A program made the position numbers and the translations under genes. DNA of 64,000 bases, taken from positions 6,816-70,815 of the forward strand of contig NZ_JBEPYQ010000023.1 of assembly GCF_041641335.1 (NCBI RefSeq). The letters are read 5' to 3'. Under the pieces are notes generated by a model that saw nothing but the letters and a program-made list of their open reading frames with translations, made no database searches and was not told the origin of the DNA. The stretch's first letter is position 1, and each line of letters begins with the position of its first letter. The stretch comes from Cohnella sp. Lineage in GTDB: Bacteria; Bacillota; Bacilli; Paenibacillales; Paenibacillaceae. Shown in pieces: positions 46,170 to 55,897 of this stretch.

Positions 46170-47270
46170 CTAATGCGATTCGTTGTACGTTTTCAGCAGG
46201 GTGCGGCGATTGGGGCGAATATGGTGGGCCTCGCGCAGGCTGCGCTCCAGCAGCTCCTGGCTGATGCCGAGCTCCTCCGGAGCGGTCGGCCCGCCGGCCA
46301 GCTTAAGCCATCTGCGGATCTCCTCGCCGCTAGGGATGCGGGAGATCGCTTCCGTCAGCGCCGCCCGATGCTCCTCCGGGAACAAAGCGGGCTGTTCCAC
46401 CCCAAGCTTATGGTACAGGTCCGAGACGATCGCGCAAGCGATGCCGACCTTCGCGCCGTGCAGCACCTGCTTGCGGCCAAGCCGGAGCAGCTCCATCTCC
46501 CAGTAGTGGGAAATGTGATGCTCTGCTCCGGAAGCCGGGTGGGACTGGCCGAATTGCAGCATGGCGAAGCCGGACTCGACGAGCGCCCGCATCAGCGTCT
46601 CGACGCCTTGCGGCGTGCGTCGTCCGATCTCTTCGCTATGCGCGACGCACGACAGAAGAGCGCGTTCCGTCCGTTCGTACACCTCGCGCGAGAAAGGCTC
46701 CCCGCCCGTCAGGCTGCCGAACGTCCAATCGAACAAGGACGTGTATTTGCCCAGCATGTCGCCGAAGCCCGCGGCGATCATCGCGTCGGGGGCTTGCGTC
46801 AGAATGTCCAGATCGGCGAATAGGGCGGAAGGGCCGATCGCGCCGATCGTCTTCTTCTCACCGCGCAGAATAAGCGGCGCTCCGACGGAATTGAAGCCGT
46901 CGACGGAAGGAGCGGTCGGCACCGATACAAAAGGGATGCCGACGGCGTAAGCCGCGAAGCGCGAGATATCGTGCAGCGTTCCCGAGCCGACGGCAACGAC
47001 GGCTTCCGAGGCGTCCTGGCGCAGAGCCAGAATGAGCTGGACGAGGGAGGCCTCATCCGCGATCACGTCTCCTTGGCGATCGGGCTCGATCCGCGTCGTC
47101 CGAACCCGGATACCCGCATGTCCGATCTCCTGCTCCAGCTGCTCTCCCGCCACCTTGTACGTCACCTCGTCGGCCGCGATGGACACTTGCCGATAACCTT
47201 GCTCCTTCAGATAGGGGGCAACTTCTCCGATAGCGCCTGCCTCGATCCTTATCGGTCCGTTAAATGACAT
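46170..47270 (-). CDS. sn-glycerol-1-phosphate dehydrogenase-like (AraM/EgsA family, iron-ADH superfamily)
   Basis: 366 aa. ...VVAVGSGTLHDISRFAAY..., ...FGDMLGKYT..., ...HPASGAEHHISHYWEM... Confidence 0.65.
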   Translation of the reverse strand: MSFNGPIRIEAGAIGEVAPYLKEQGYRQVSIAADEVTYKVAGEQLEQEIGHAGIRVRTTRIEPDRQGDVIADEASLVQLILALRQDASEAVVAVGSGTLHDISRFAAYAVGIPFVSVPTAPSVDGFNSVGAPLILRGEKKTIGAIGPSALFADLDILTQAPDAMIAAGFGDMLGKYTSLFDWTFGSLTGGEPFSREVYERTERALLSCVAHSEEIGRRTPQGVETLMRALVESGFAMLQFGQSHPASGAEHHISHYWEMELLRLGRKQVLHGAKVGIACAIVSDLYHKLGVEQPALFPEEHRAALTEAISRIPSGEEIRRWLKLAGGPTAPEELGISQELLERSLREAHHIRPNRRTLLKTYNESH

Positions 47271-47272
47271 AG

Positions 47273-48076
47273 CTAAGCCTCCTCTTCCGATTCCAGCATC
47301 GGCCGAATGTCCGAGATCGATTCCCAGATGTAATCCGGTCGTTCCTCGGCGGTTTCCGCGCGTTCGCGCGTCGTCGAGCCGCTAAGCACGAGAGCCGTGC
47401 GAATGCCGGCTTGCTTGCCCAGCGCGACGTCGGAATGAAGGCTGTCCCCGATAACGAGACAGCGTTCCGGCGGCAGTCCCAATGAGCGAAGGGCCGCATT
47501 GGCCATATAAGCCGAAGGCTTGCCGACGACGACGGACACCTCCGCCCCCGTCGTATGGACGATCGCGGCGATCGTAGCGCCCACATCGATGCACTCTCCG
47601 CCGTCTCCCGGGAACGTCTTGTCTTCGTTGGTGACGATCAGCTTGGCGCCGTTGCGAGCCGCCCGGAAAGCGGAGTTCAACTCTGCATAGGTCAGCGACT
47701 CGTGCAGCGTAATGACGAGCCAGTCGGCCTCTTCGGGCCTGGAGGCAAGCTTGACTCCGTGACTCTTCAGTTCTTCGTGAAGTCCTTCGTCCCCGAACAG
47801 CCACGCTTGGCTGTCCGGCTCGTTCTCGAGCAAATAAGAGGCGGTGACGGTGGAGGTCAGAATAATCTCCTCCGCCGCTGCCGGAATGCCCATCGCTTCC
47901 AGCTTCTCCTGGCACATTCTCCGGGAATAGTTGCCGCGGTTGCTCAGGAATACGACTTTTTTGCCGGCTTCGCGGATGCGGGCCATTGTTTCCTTGGCGC
48001 CTTCAATCGCTTGCGAGCCGAGGTAGATGGTGCCGTCCAGGTCGATAATCAATCCGTCGATTGCGTCCAACGTCAT
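47273..48076 (-). CDS. HAD-IIA family sugar phosphatase (AraL/NagD-like)
   Basis: ...GLIIDLDGTIYLG..., ...VVFLSNRG..., ...CLVIGDSLHSDV... Confidence 0.75.
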   Translation of the reverse strand: MTLDAIDGLIIDLDGTIYLGSQAIEGAKETMARIREAGKKVVFLSNRGNYSRRMCQEKLEAMGIPAAAEEIILTSTVTASYLLENEPDSQAWLFGDEGLHEELKSHGVKLASRPEEADWLVITLHESLTYAELNSAFRAARNGAKLIVTNEDKTFPGDGGECIDVGATIAAIVHTTGAEVSVVVGKPSAYMANAALRSLGLPPERCLVIGDSLHSDVALGKQAGIRTALVLSGSTTRERAETAEERPDYIWESISDIRPMLESEEEA

Positions 48077-48208
48077 GCTGCGGTGTCCCCCTAAATCGCG
48101 AATTCTCTCCTTCTTATTGTCCTGTCGTTTGCTTGCGAATGTCAACGATTGAGTGCGTTTATCGACGTTCGCATTCGCTTGTATATGAACGTTCGTTTGA
48201 TGGCGATT

Positions 48209-48973
48209 TCAATCGGCTATGAGCACTTCCTTGCGTTGGCACTGCTTCAGGAAGGCGGGGTCAGCTTTCTTGTCCGTAATGAGCGCATGGATTTCTCCGA
48301 AAGCAACCGAAGAGGCAATCGACCTTCTCCCGAGCTTAGTGTGATCGACCAGCGCGATCGTCTGTCGGGCGTTGCCGGCCATCAGCTTCTTAAGCTCGGC
48401 TTCGTACAGGCTGAAGTCCGTCATGCCCTCCTGGATGCTGAAGCCCTCAGCAGAAGTGAAGAACAGGTCGGCGTGAATGCCGCTCAGGATCTCTTTCCCC
48501 AGCACGCCCTCGACCGTCTTGGAGCCGACGCGCAGCACGCCCCCGACGAGAATGACGTTGTTGCGCGGGTTCTGGTTCAGCGTCATCGCCGTCTCCAGAC
48601 CGTTCGTCACAACCGTCAAATAATTATGGCCGGTCAGGCTCTTGGCCAGCTCCAGCACGGTCGTGCTGGCGTCCAGAATGATGCACTGGCCGTCGCTCAC
48701 GAGCTCGGCCGCTTTGCTGCCAATCGCCTGCTTCTCCTCGAAATTGAGCTGGCTGCGGGAAGGGTCCCGCGAATCCCTCGCGAAAGCCTGCAGCTTCAAT
48801 GGAATCGCTCCTCCGTGAGTTCGCTCCAGCAGTCCTTCGTCCTCCAGGATGCGGAGATCGATCCGCAGCGTCCCCTCCGAGACGTTGAACATGCGCGCCA
48901 GATCTTTGACGAGCACCTGCTTGTCCCTCTGCAGCAGATCCAAAATTTTATCCCTTCTATGCGAAGCGAACAT
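48209..48973 (-). CDS. DeoR/GlpR-family transcriptional regulator
   Basis: ...RRDKILDLLQRDKQVLVKDLARMFNVSEGTLRIDLRILEDEGLLERTHGGA... Confidence 0.85.
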   Translation of the reverse strand: MFASHRRDKILDLLQRDKQVLVKDLARMFNVSEGTLRIDLRILEDEGLLERTHGGAIPLKLQAFARDSRDPSRSQLNFEEKQAIGSKAAELVSDGQCIILDASTTVLELAKSLTGHNYLTVVTNGLETAMTLNQNPRNNVILVGGVLRVGSKTVEGVLGKEILSGIHADLFFTSAEGFSIQEGMTDFSLYEAELKKLMAGNARQTIALVDHTKLGRRSIASSVAFGEIHALITDKKADPAFLKQCQRKEVLIAD

Positions 48974-49169
48974 CGCTTTCCCTCCCATGCGTTTGTTTTC
49001 ATTGTAGAAGAAACGAATGCAAACGACAATGAACGATTGTGATGCTCATTCATTCGAGGCAACGTGAATGGATATGGCATGAAATCCGCGAGAAATAGCC
49101 AATGGTGAATTTTAACCTGAAATATGATACGGTAGTGAAAATAAATTGAAACAGGAGACGGTCCGTTAC

Positions 49170-50174
49170 ATGAAGGTCAGTATTTTCGATGTTGCCAAGA
49201 AAGCGGGCCTGTCGGTCGTCACGGTTTCCAGGGTGCTCAATCACTCCACTTCCGTCCGTCAGAAGAACAGGGAGAAAGTATTGCAGGCGATGAAGGAGCT
49301 TGACTACCATCCGAATGCTTCGGCTCGCAGCCTTGCAAGCGGGAAAACCGGCATCATCGGTCTGACGTTGGCCACCTTGCACGACTCCGTTCTCGATGCC
49401 GTGGTACAGGAGATTAACGACCGATTGGCCGAGCATGGCTATTTCCTGGCGCTTTCGATATCGCAGGGGGACGAGGAGTCGTTTCGCCGCTCTATGTTCC
49501 AGGAAGACCGGGTGGACGGAGTTATTTTGGTTTCCCCGGCCAACTCGGATATTTACGTGATGGAACTCAAGAAACGTAAAATTCCCTTCGTCATTCTCGA
49601 CAGCCAGCAGCGCAATATTGCCGTCTCCATGGTTACGGTCAACAATTTCAAGGGCGGATACGATGCGACGAAGCATCTGATCGATCTGGGACATACCGAG
49701 ATCGCTTATATTAACGGTCCCGAATCGTTCCTCAGCAGTCGGGAGCGGGAGAAGGGCTTCTTGTTCGCCCACGAGGAAGCGGGAATCAAGCCGTTCGGCA
49801 TCGAGAATGGTGAGTTCGACATTCCTTCCGGATACCGGATCGCCAGCCGATGGATCGAATCCGGACGACTTCCTACGGCGGTATTCGCTGCCGACGATTT
49901 TATCGCTTTGGGCGTGATGGACGCGTTCAAGAACGAGGGCATCCACATTCCGCGCGACGTTTCGGTCATCGGATTCGACGATCAAATCTATGCGTCCGAA
50001 TTCCATCCCAAGCTAACGACCGTTCGGCAACCGTTCGAGAAGATTGGCAAACAGGGAGTGGACATTCTGTTGAAACTGATCAAGGACCCGAGCCGGAGGA
50101 ATGTGTCGATCGAGTTCGACCCGGAACTCGTTGTGCGGGAATCGACAGCCGTCCCCCGTTCTACCCGGACATAA
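49170..50174 (+). CDS. LacI-family transcriptional regulator
   Basis: MKVSIFDVAKKAGLSVVTVSRVLNHSTSVRQKNREKVLQAMKELDYHPNASARSLA... Confidence 0.9.
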   Translation: MKVSIFDVAKKAGLSVVTVSRVLNHSTSVRQKNREKVLQAMKELDYHPNASARSLASGKTGIIGLTLATLHDSVLDAVVQEINDRLAEHGYFLALSISQGDEESFRRSMFQEDRVDGVILVSPANSDIYVMELKKRKIPFVILDSQQRNIAVSMVTVNNFKGGYDATKHLIDLGHTEIAYINGPESFLSSREREKGFLFAHEEAGIKPFGIENGEFDIPSGYRIASRWIESGRLPTAVFAADDFIALGVMDAFKNEGIHIPRDVSVIGFDDQIYASEFHPKLTTVRQPFEKIGKQGVDILLKLIKDPSRRNVSIEFDPELVVRESTAVPRSTRT

Positions 50175-50185
50175 TAGTCAAGTCG

Positions 50186-50227
50186 GGCGCTTATTCGGGC
50201 TGTTATGCCGGAATAAGTGCCTTTTTT
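50186..50227 (+). terminator. Rho-independent terminator after lacI-family gene
   Basis: GGCGCTTATTC-(14 nt)-GAATAAGTGCC followed by TTTTTTG. A second hairpin, CGAGGG-gaaaa-CCCTCG plus TTTTTT, lies about 50249-50272. Confidence 0.75.
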
Positions 50228-50428
50228 GTAGAAATGACCGATATTCGCGAGGGGAAAACCCTCGTTTTTTATGGACATAAAATAAAAACGCTTAAATATT
50301 ATAAGGTTTATGAACGGAGGAGGAGAATCGAAGTATTCATACGGGATTATAGATAATAACGATAAGATATTATATCCGAGCTAAAAAATGCAATTGACAG
50401 GGCTTTCAACCCGGAGTAAACTCAGATC

Positions 50429-50449
50429 TAAAGTTAAAGCGTTTAAACT
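50429..50449 (+). promoter_or_regulatory. Candidate LacI-family operator, site 1
   Basis: TAAAGTTAAAGCGTTTAAACT, near-palindromic around a central CG. Shared with 54234-54254. Confidence 0.45.
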
Positions 50450-50525
50450 ATTTGGAGAGAAAGGGTTCGCGGATAAGCGGACGACAAAAGGTGTATTTCG
50501 ATAAAGCGCCTTAGACGGAGGGTGA

Positions 50526-51494
50526 ATGGCAATGATTCGCAATATTCCTATTGCGCCGGAAGGGAAGTCGAAAAACGCCGGCTTGAGGAAAAGTTACTTC
50601 AGGCGGCTATTTGCACAGTGGGACATTCAACTTATGGTCGTGCCCGCTTTAATCCTTATTTTTGTTTTTCAATATATTCCGATGTACGGCGTGCTGTTGG
50701 GATTCCAGGACTATAACTTGTTCAAGGGGTTCTGGAGCAGTCCTTGGGTAGGTCTTAAGCATTTCGAGGCGTTTTTTAACGATACGGATTTTAACCGGGT
50801 CATCAGAAACACGATCGTCATCAGCTTCTTGAAGTTTTTTATCGGCTTTCCGGCTCCGATTCTTCTGGCGCTCATGCTGAATGAAGTTCGGAAGGCCGCG
50901 TTTAAGCGAGTGGTCCAGACGGTCAGCTACTTGCCCCACTTTATGTCTTGGGTCATCGTCGCGGGCATGGTTTCGTCGATGCTATCGACGGATAACGGAA
51001 GCGTCAATATGCTCCTGCAGAAGTTGAAACTGATCGATGAACCGATCAGTTTCCTTTCCCTTCCGGAGTATTTCTGGAGCATCTTGGTCGTCACGGACGT
51101 GTGGAAGAGCATCGGCTTCGGTTCGATCATCTATCTTGCCGCCATGGCGGGCGTGAACCCGCAAATGTATGAGGCTGCGGCCATCGACGGCGCCAGCAAG
51201 TTCAAGCAGATGTACTTGATCACGATTCCGACGATCATGCCCGTCATCATTATCTTCATGATTCTGGCCATCGGAAATTTGTTGAGCGCCGGGTTCGAAG
51301 ACATTCTGCTGCTCGCCAATGACGGAATTCGCGAAGTTTCCGACGTTATCGACGTGTACGTATACCGCATCGGCATTCAGAATCAGAGGTTTTCGTATGC
51401 GACGGCAATAGGCCTGTTCAAAGCGATTATCAGCGTCGCCTTGCTGACTGTAGCTAACCTCGCGGCAAGGAAAAGCGGCAACAGCTTGTGGTAA
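50526..51494 (+). CDS. Sugar ABC transporter permease (LplB-like)
   Basis: 322 aa, multi-TM. Paralogous to 17402-18316. Confidence 0.9.
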   Translation: MAMIRNIPIAPEGKSKNAGLRKSYFRRLFAQWDIQLMVVPALILIFVFQYIPMYGVLLGFQDYNLFKGFWSSPWVGLKHFEAFFNDTDFNRVIRNTIVISFLKFFIGFPAPILLALMLNEVRKAAFKRVVQTVSYLPHFMSWVIVAGMVSSMLSTDNGSVNMLLQKLKLIDEPISFLSLPEYFWSILVVTDVWKSIGFGSIIYLAAMAGVNPQMYEAAAIDGASKFKQMYLITIPTIMPVIIIFMILAIGNLLSAGFEDILLLANDGIREVSDVIDVYVYRIGIQNQRFSYATAIGLFKAIISVALLTVANLAARKSGNSLW

Positions 51495-51527
51495 ACCAAG
51501 GACAAAGAGAGAAGGGGACGGGAAACA

Positions 51528-52427
51528 ATGAATAAATTGACCGCCGGCGACAGGCTGATGTACGTCGTGATCTATGCTTCCTTGTGCGTGCTCGGGTTTG
51601 CGACCTTCTACCCTTTCTGGAACTCGGCCGTCATCTCGTTCAACAACGGAATGGATACCGCGTTAGGAGGAGTCGCCTTCTGGCCGCGGGAATTCACGCT
51701 GGACAATTACCGCATCGTCTTTAAGGATGCGCGGATCGTCGACGGCTTCGTCATCTCGGTTCTGCGGACGGTCGCAGGGACGTTCCTTTCCATTACGAGC
51801 ACGGCTATTTTCGCCTACGGAATGTCCAAGAAGGAATTGATGAACAAGAAGTTTTACATGATTGTGTGCATTATCACGATGTATTTCAGCGGAGGACTCA
51901 TTCCGTATTTCCTGTTGATTCGCGAGCTCGGCATGATGGACACATTCTGGGTGATGATCGTCCCGGGAATGATCAGCGTGTGGAACATGATCATTTTCCG
52001 CACTTTCTTCATGGGGCTCCCCGACGGGCTGGAGGAATCGGCCAAAATAGACGGCTGCAACAATTGGGGCGTTCTTTTCCGCATCGCGCTGCCGCTCTCC
52101 GGTCCGGTTATTGCCACGCTGTCCCTGTTTACGGCCGTTTACCACTGGAACGATTGGTTCGCTCCGAGCATTTTCATCAACAATCAGGATTTGCTGCCGA
52201 TTCAGACCAAGCTGCAGCAGATTCTGAACTCCAACATCATGAGCGAGCAGATGTCGCAAGCGAACTCCGGCGCCGCCGCGGCCATATCTCGCATGAAAAG
52301 CAACATTACGACGAAATCGTTGTCCATGGCGACGATGATGGTGGCGACGATACCGATCGTGACGGTGTATCCGTTCGTACAGAAGTATTTCGTGAAGGGC
52401 GTCCTGATTGGGTCCCTTAAAGAGTAG
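51528..52427 (+). CDS. Carbohydrate ABC transporter permease (LplC-like)
   Basis: 299 aa, multi-TM. ...ESAKIDGCNNWGVLFRIALPLSGP... Confidence 0.9.
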   Translation: MNKLTAGDRLMYVVIYASLCVLGFATFYPFWNSAVISFNNGMDTALGGVAFWPREFTLDNYRIVFKDARIVDGFVISVLRTVAGTFLSITSTAIFAYGMSKKELMNKKFYMIVCIITMYFSGGLIPYFLLIRELGMMDTFWVMIVPGMISVWNMIIFRTFFMGLPDGLEESAKIDGCNNWGVLFRIALPLSGPVIATLSLFTAVYHWNDWFAPSIFINNQDLLPIQTKLQQILNSNIMSEQMSQANSGAAAAISRMKSNITTKSLSMATMMVATIPIVTVYPFVQKYFVKGVLIGSLKE

Positions 52428-52485
52428 TTTGAAGCCTTGCGCTTTGAACATAAACAAAATACGAAAGGGGTTTGTGCAATTGAGG

Positions 52486-54147
52486 ATGTTCAAGAAGGTG
52501 TCATTGTTGTTGCTTGCGTTGACGATGTCCGCGTTCATGGCGCTGGCCGGGTGCAGCAAGGAGTCGTCCGTCGGCAAGCAGAGCGCGGACAATCCGGGCC
52601 AAGGCAAGGAGGAGAACGCGTCGGAAGCGGACCAAGGCTTCGCATTGGGGGAAGAGACGCTTGAGTTCAGTTTCTACGGACATTACGACTGGTACACCAT
52701 GAACCCTTGGGGCGATGACGCGGCTACCGCATGGATTAAAGAGCACAAGAAAGTGAACGTGACGCCGATTCAGTCCGGGGGCAACGCCCAACAGAAATTA
52801 AGCACGATGATCGCTTCTGCTTCGCTTCCCGACGTGATCTGGATGGACCGCGGCGGAGACGTGGAAAAGCTGCGCCAGGCCGGCGTGCTCGTTCCGTTCG
52901 ACGACTGGTTGGACAAATATCCGAATATGAAAAAATGGGTAGGAGAATCGACGATTAACTTGCTTCGCTCCCCCGACGGCAAAATCTATCAGTTTCCGAA
53001 CTGGTATACGACGCAACCGAACGGAAACTCGGGTTACGTTGTCAATAAGAGAATCTACGACGAATTGGGCGCTCCCAAGCTGGAGACGTTCGACGACTTA
53101 TACGCGTATCTCCGGATGGTGAAGGACAAATACGGCGCGGGCGTCATTCCGTACGATCCAGGCATTGAGGGACAGGGCATCGAACTGATGGTTTCCGGCT
53201 TCGCCAATGATTTTCCGAAAACGTATATCAGTATGAGAGCAGTTCCCGAAGGCGATAAGTTGAACTCTCTGTTCGCCGATCCGGTGTACCGGGAAACGCT
53301 GCAGTTTGCGAACAAGCTGTTCCGGGAGAGATTGATTACGCAAGATGCGTTAACGCAAACGGAGGATCACGTCAAAGAAAAAATGTACTCCGACAGGGTC
53401 GCCGTGTTCGCCGCTTCCAGTCCGACGGAAATCGCGGCGCGCGCGCACAGCATGGTCAAGGAGAAGGATCCGACCCATCCCGGATTCATCATGATCTGGC
53501 CGCTGCATAAGGAGAACGTAGACAAAAACAAAGTGTGGCCGGGCGATTGGGCGCAACTGGGCTGGAACGTCAGCGTCATTACCAAAAACCATAAAAATCC
53601 GGAGGCGGTCTTCGCGTTCCTGGATTGGTTCACGGGCGAAGAGGGCCAGCGTACGATTTTCTGGGGACCGGAAGGGCTGTATTGGGAAGGAACGAATGAA
53701 GAAGGGGGGCCGAACTTCAACGACAAATATTTCGCCGAGCCCGATAAAGTGTCCGAATTGATGAATACGACAAACAACTTCCAATGGAACGGAAATACAG
53801 TCTTTATCGATACGCGCAAAGCCGCGATCGAAATGAAGTTGCCCGAGGAGAAGCGCAACTGGGAGACGCGATGGCAGTCGGAAATTACCTGGAAGACGCA
53901 GTTCAACAGCACTCCTTTTATCAATCTTGATCCCGCGTCGGATTCCGACCTGGGCATTATCAAGACAAAGGTTGACGAAATTTATAAAGAAACCATGGCC
54001 AAAGTTCTATTCGCGAAAAGTGATGCGGAAGTGCTCTCCGTTCTGGATAAGGCAGAGGCCGACGCGCAAAAAGCTGGATATGCGAAGCTGTTGGACTACA
54101 AAACGGAAAAATGGCAGGAAAATCTCGCCGTGATAGCGGGCAAATAG
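52486..54147 (+). CDS. ABC transporter solute-binding lipoprotein
   Basis: MFKKVSLLLLALTMSAFMALAGC lipobox. TTG 52480 is an alternative start. Confidence 0.85.
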   Translation: MFKKVSLLLLALTMSAFMALAGCSKESSVGKQSADNPGQGKEENASEADQGFALGEETLEFSFYGHYDWYTMNPWGDDAATAWIKEHKKVNVTPIQSGGNAQQKLSTMIASASLPDVIWMDRGGDVEKLRQAGVLVPFDDWLDKYPNMKKWVGESTINLLRSPDGKIYQFPNWYTTQPNGNSGYVVNKRIYDELGAPKLETFDDLYAYLRMVKDKYGAGVIPYDPGIEGQGIELMVSGFANDFPKTYISMRAVPEGDKLNSLFADPVYRETLQFANKLFRERLITQDALTQTEDHVKEKMYSDRVAVFAASSPTEIAARAHSMVKEKDPTHPGFIMIWPLHKENVDKNKVWPGDWAQLGWNVSVITKNHKNPEAVFAFLDWFTGEEGQRTIFWGPEGLYWEGTNEEGGPNFNDKYFAEPDKVSELMNTTNNFQWNGNTVFIDTRKAAIEMKLPEEKRNWETRWQSEITWKTQFNSTPFINLDPASDSDLGIIKTKVDEIYKETMAKVLFAKSDAEVLSVLDKAEADAQKAGYAKLLDYKTEKWQENLAVIAGK

Positions 54148-54233
54148 ATCGTAATCGCGGTTAGGAGGCGAAACCGGGAACGAAGGCGGGAACGCAGGCT
54201 TGTGCGCCGCGGGATTATAGTTTATAATTTCTT

Positions 54234-54254
54234 TAAAGTTAAATCGCTTAAACT
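54234..54254 (+). promoter_or_regulatory. Candidate LacI-family operator, site 2
   Basis: TAAAGTTAAATCGCTTAAACT, upstream of the kinase gene. Confidence 0.45.
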
Positions 54255-54386
54255 TAAAGATAATTAAATTATCGTTTGTTGCAATAGTTCTATGAATTCC
54301 GAATATAGAGTATAAGCGGTTTAAAATATTTTGAGAGGGAGCTGCGGTGCTGCTCCCTCCGTTCTTTGTGCGACAACCTTGCGATC

Positions 54387-55376
54387 ATGGGAGTGAATCC
54401 GTTGAAATACTATTTGGGCGTCGATGCCGGCGGCAGCAAGACCTATACGCTGATCGTCGATGAACAGGGCAATATCGTAGGAAAAGGAAGCAGCGGCAAC
54501 GGCAATCATCAGATCGATTACGAGGCGGCGAAGGCCAACATTCGCGAATCGGTCGAGACGGCGCTGGCTCAGGCGGGGCTGACCCGGGAGCAGATCGAGT
54601 TCGCTTACTTCGGCCTGGCCGGCGCGGACAGGGAGATCGATTACCGGATATTGCGGCCGATGATCGCCGAGCTGGGGTTTCCGCGGCACGAGATCAATTG
54701 CGATACGATGATCGCCCTCCGCGCGGGAACGGACCGGCCGTACGGCGTCGTGCTGATCTGCGGCACGGGCTCCAACAGCGCGGGGGTTAGTCCGGAGGGA
54801 CAATTTTTCCAATGCGGAGGTTTTACGTATCTGTTCGGCGACTTCGGAGGAGGAGGTTCGCTGTGCGTTGAAGCGTTCCGTTCGGTCATCCGCGCCTGGG
54901 ACGGCCGGGAGCGTCAGACGCTGCTGACCGGTCTGGTGCTCGACGAACTCGGGTACGACAGCGTTCAGCAGATGTTCGACGATTATTTGGACCACAACAA
55001 GGTGCCCCCGCTTCGCCTCGCCAAGCTGCTGTTTACGGCGGCGAAGGAAGGGGACGAGGCAGCTATGGACATTTTGCGCAGGCAAGGGATCGAGCTGGGC
55101 AAATCGGCCAAAGCAGTGATTCGGCGGCTGGTGATGGAGAGTTTGACGTTCGACGTCGTTCTTGCGGGCAGTATCGTGACTCGCGGCGAAGGTGATTTCG
55201 TTCTTAAGTATGTCCGCGAAGCCGTTCAAGAGGTTGCCCAAGGAGCGCGCGTCGTGACGCTTCAAGTCGAGCCGGTCGTCGGCGCGGTCTGGCTGGCCGT
55301 AGAGGCGACTGGCGTCGAGCTGCCTTCGGCCATATACGAAAGCTTGCGCGGGGTGGCGGAATTCAGTCTCGTATAG
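54387..55376 (+). CDS. BadF/BadG/BcrA/BcrD-type ATPase (N-acetylglucosamine-kinase-like sugar kinase)
   Basis: ...YYLGVDAGGSKTYTLIVDEQGNIVGKGSSGNGNH...VLICGTGSNS... The exact start is uncertain. Confidence 0.8.
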   Translation: MGVNPLKYYLGVDAGGSKTYTLIVDEQGNIVGKGSSGNGNHQIDYEAAKANIRESVETALAQAGLTREQIEFAYFGLAGADREIDYRILRPMIAELGFPRHEINCDTMIALRAGTDRPYGVVLICGTGSNSAGVSPEGQFFQCGGFTYLFGDFGGGGSLCVEAFRSVIRAWDGRERQTLLTGLVLDELGYDSVQQMFDDYLDHNKVPPLRLAKLLFTAAKEGDEAAMDILRRQGIELGKSAKAVIRRLVMESLTFDVVLAGSIVTRGEGDFVLKYVREAVQEVAQGARVVTLQVEPVVGAVWLAVEATGVELPSAIYESLRGVAEFSLV

Positions 55377-55387
55377 GAAGACTGCGA

Positions 55388-55850
55388 AAATAACGTTCTG
55401 CCAGACCGTTAAGGCAGGCGGAACGCCCCGGGCCAAGGGAATAACGGTCTGATAGACCGTTAAGGCAGGCGAATCGCCCCGGGTCAAGGGAATAACGGTC
55501 TGATAGACCGTTAAGGCAGGCGAAATCGCCCCGGGCCAAGGGAATAACGGTCTGATAGACCGTTAAGGCAGGCGAATCGCCCCGGGTCAAGGGAATAACG
55601 TTCTGCCAGACCGTTAAGGCAGGTGAAATCGCCCCGGGCCAAGGGAATAACGTTCTGCCAGACCGTTAAGGCAGGTGAAATCGCCCCGGGCCAAGGGAAT
55701 AACGGTCCGATAGACCGTTAAGGCAGGCGAATCGCCCCGGGCCAAGGGAATAACGGTCTGATAGACCGTTAAGGCAGGCGAATCGCCCCGGGCCAAGGGA
55801 ATAACGTTCTGCCAGACCGTTAAGGCAGGCGAATCGCCCCGGGCCAGAGG
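55388..55850. repeat. Tandem array of 9 units of 51/52 bp, each carrying an AACGGTCT-nnn-AGACCGTT palindrome
   Basis: Unit starts at 55388, 55439, 55490, 55542, 55594, 55646, 55698, 55749 and 55800. Two unit subtypes (GGTCTGATAGACC and GTTCTGCCAGACC). Confidence 0.9.
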
Positions 55851-55897
55851 AATGGCGAAATAGCATCGCGACTATCCAAACAAGGAGAGGGAACGAC

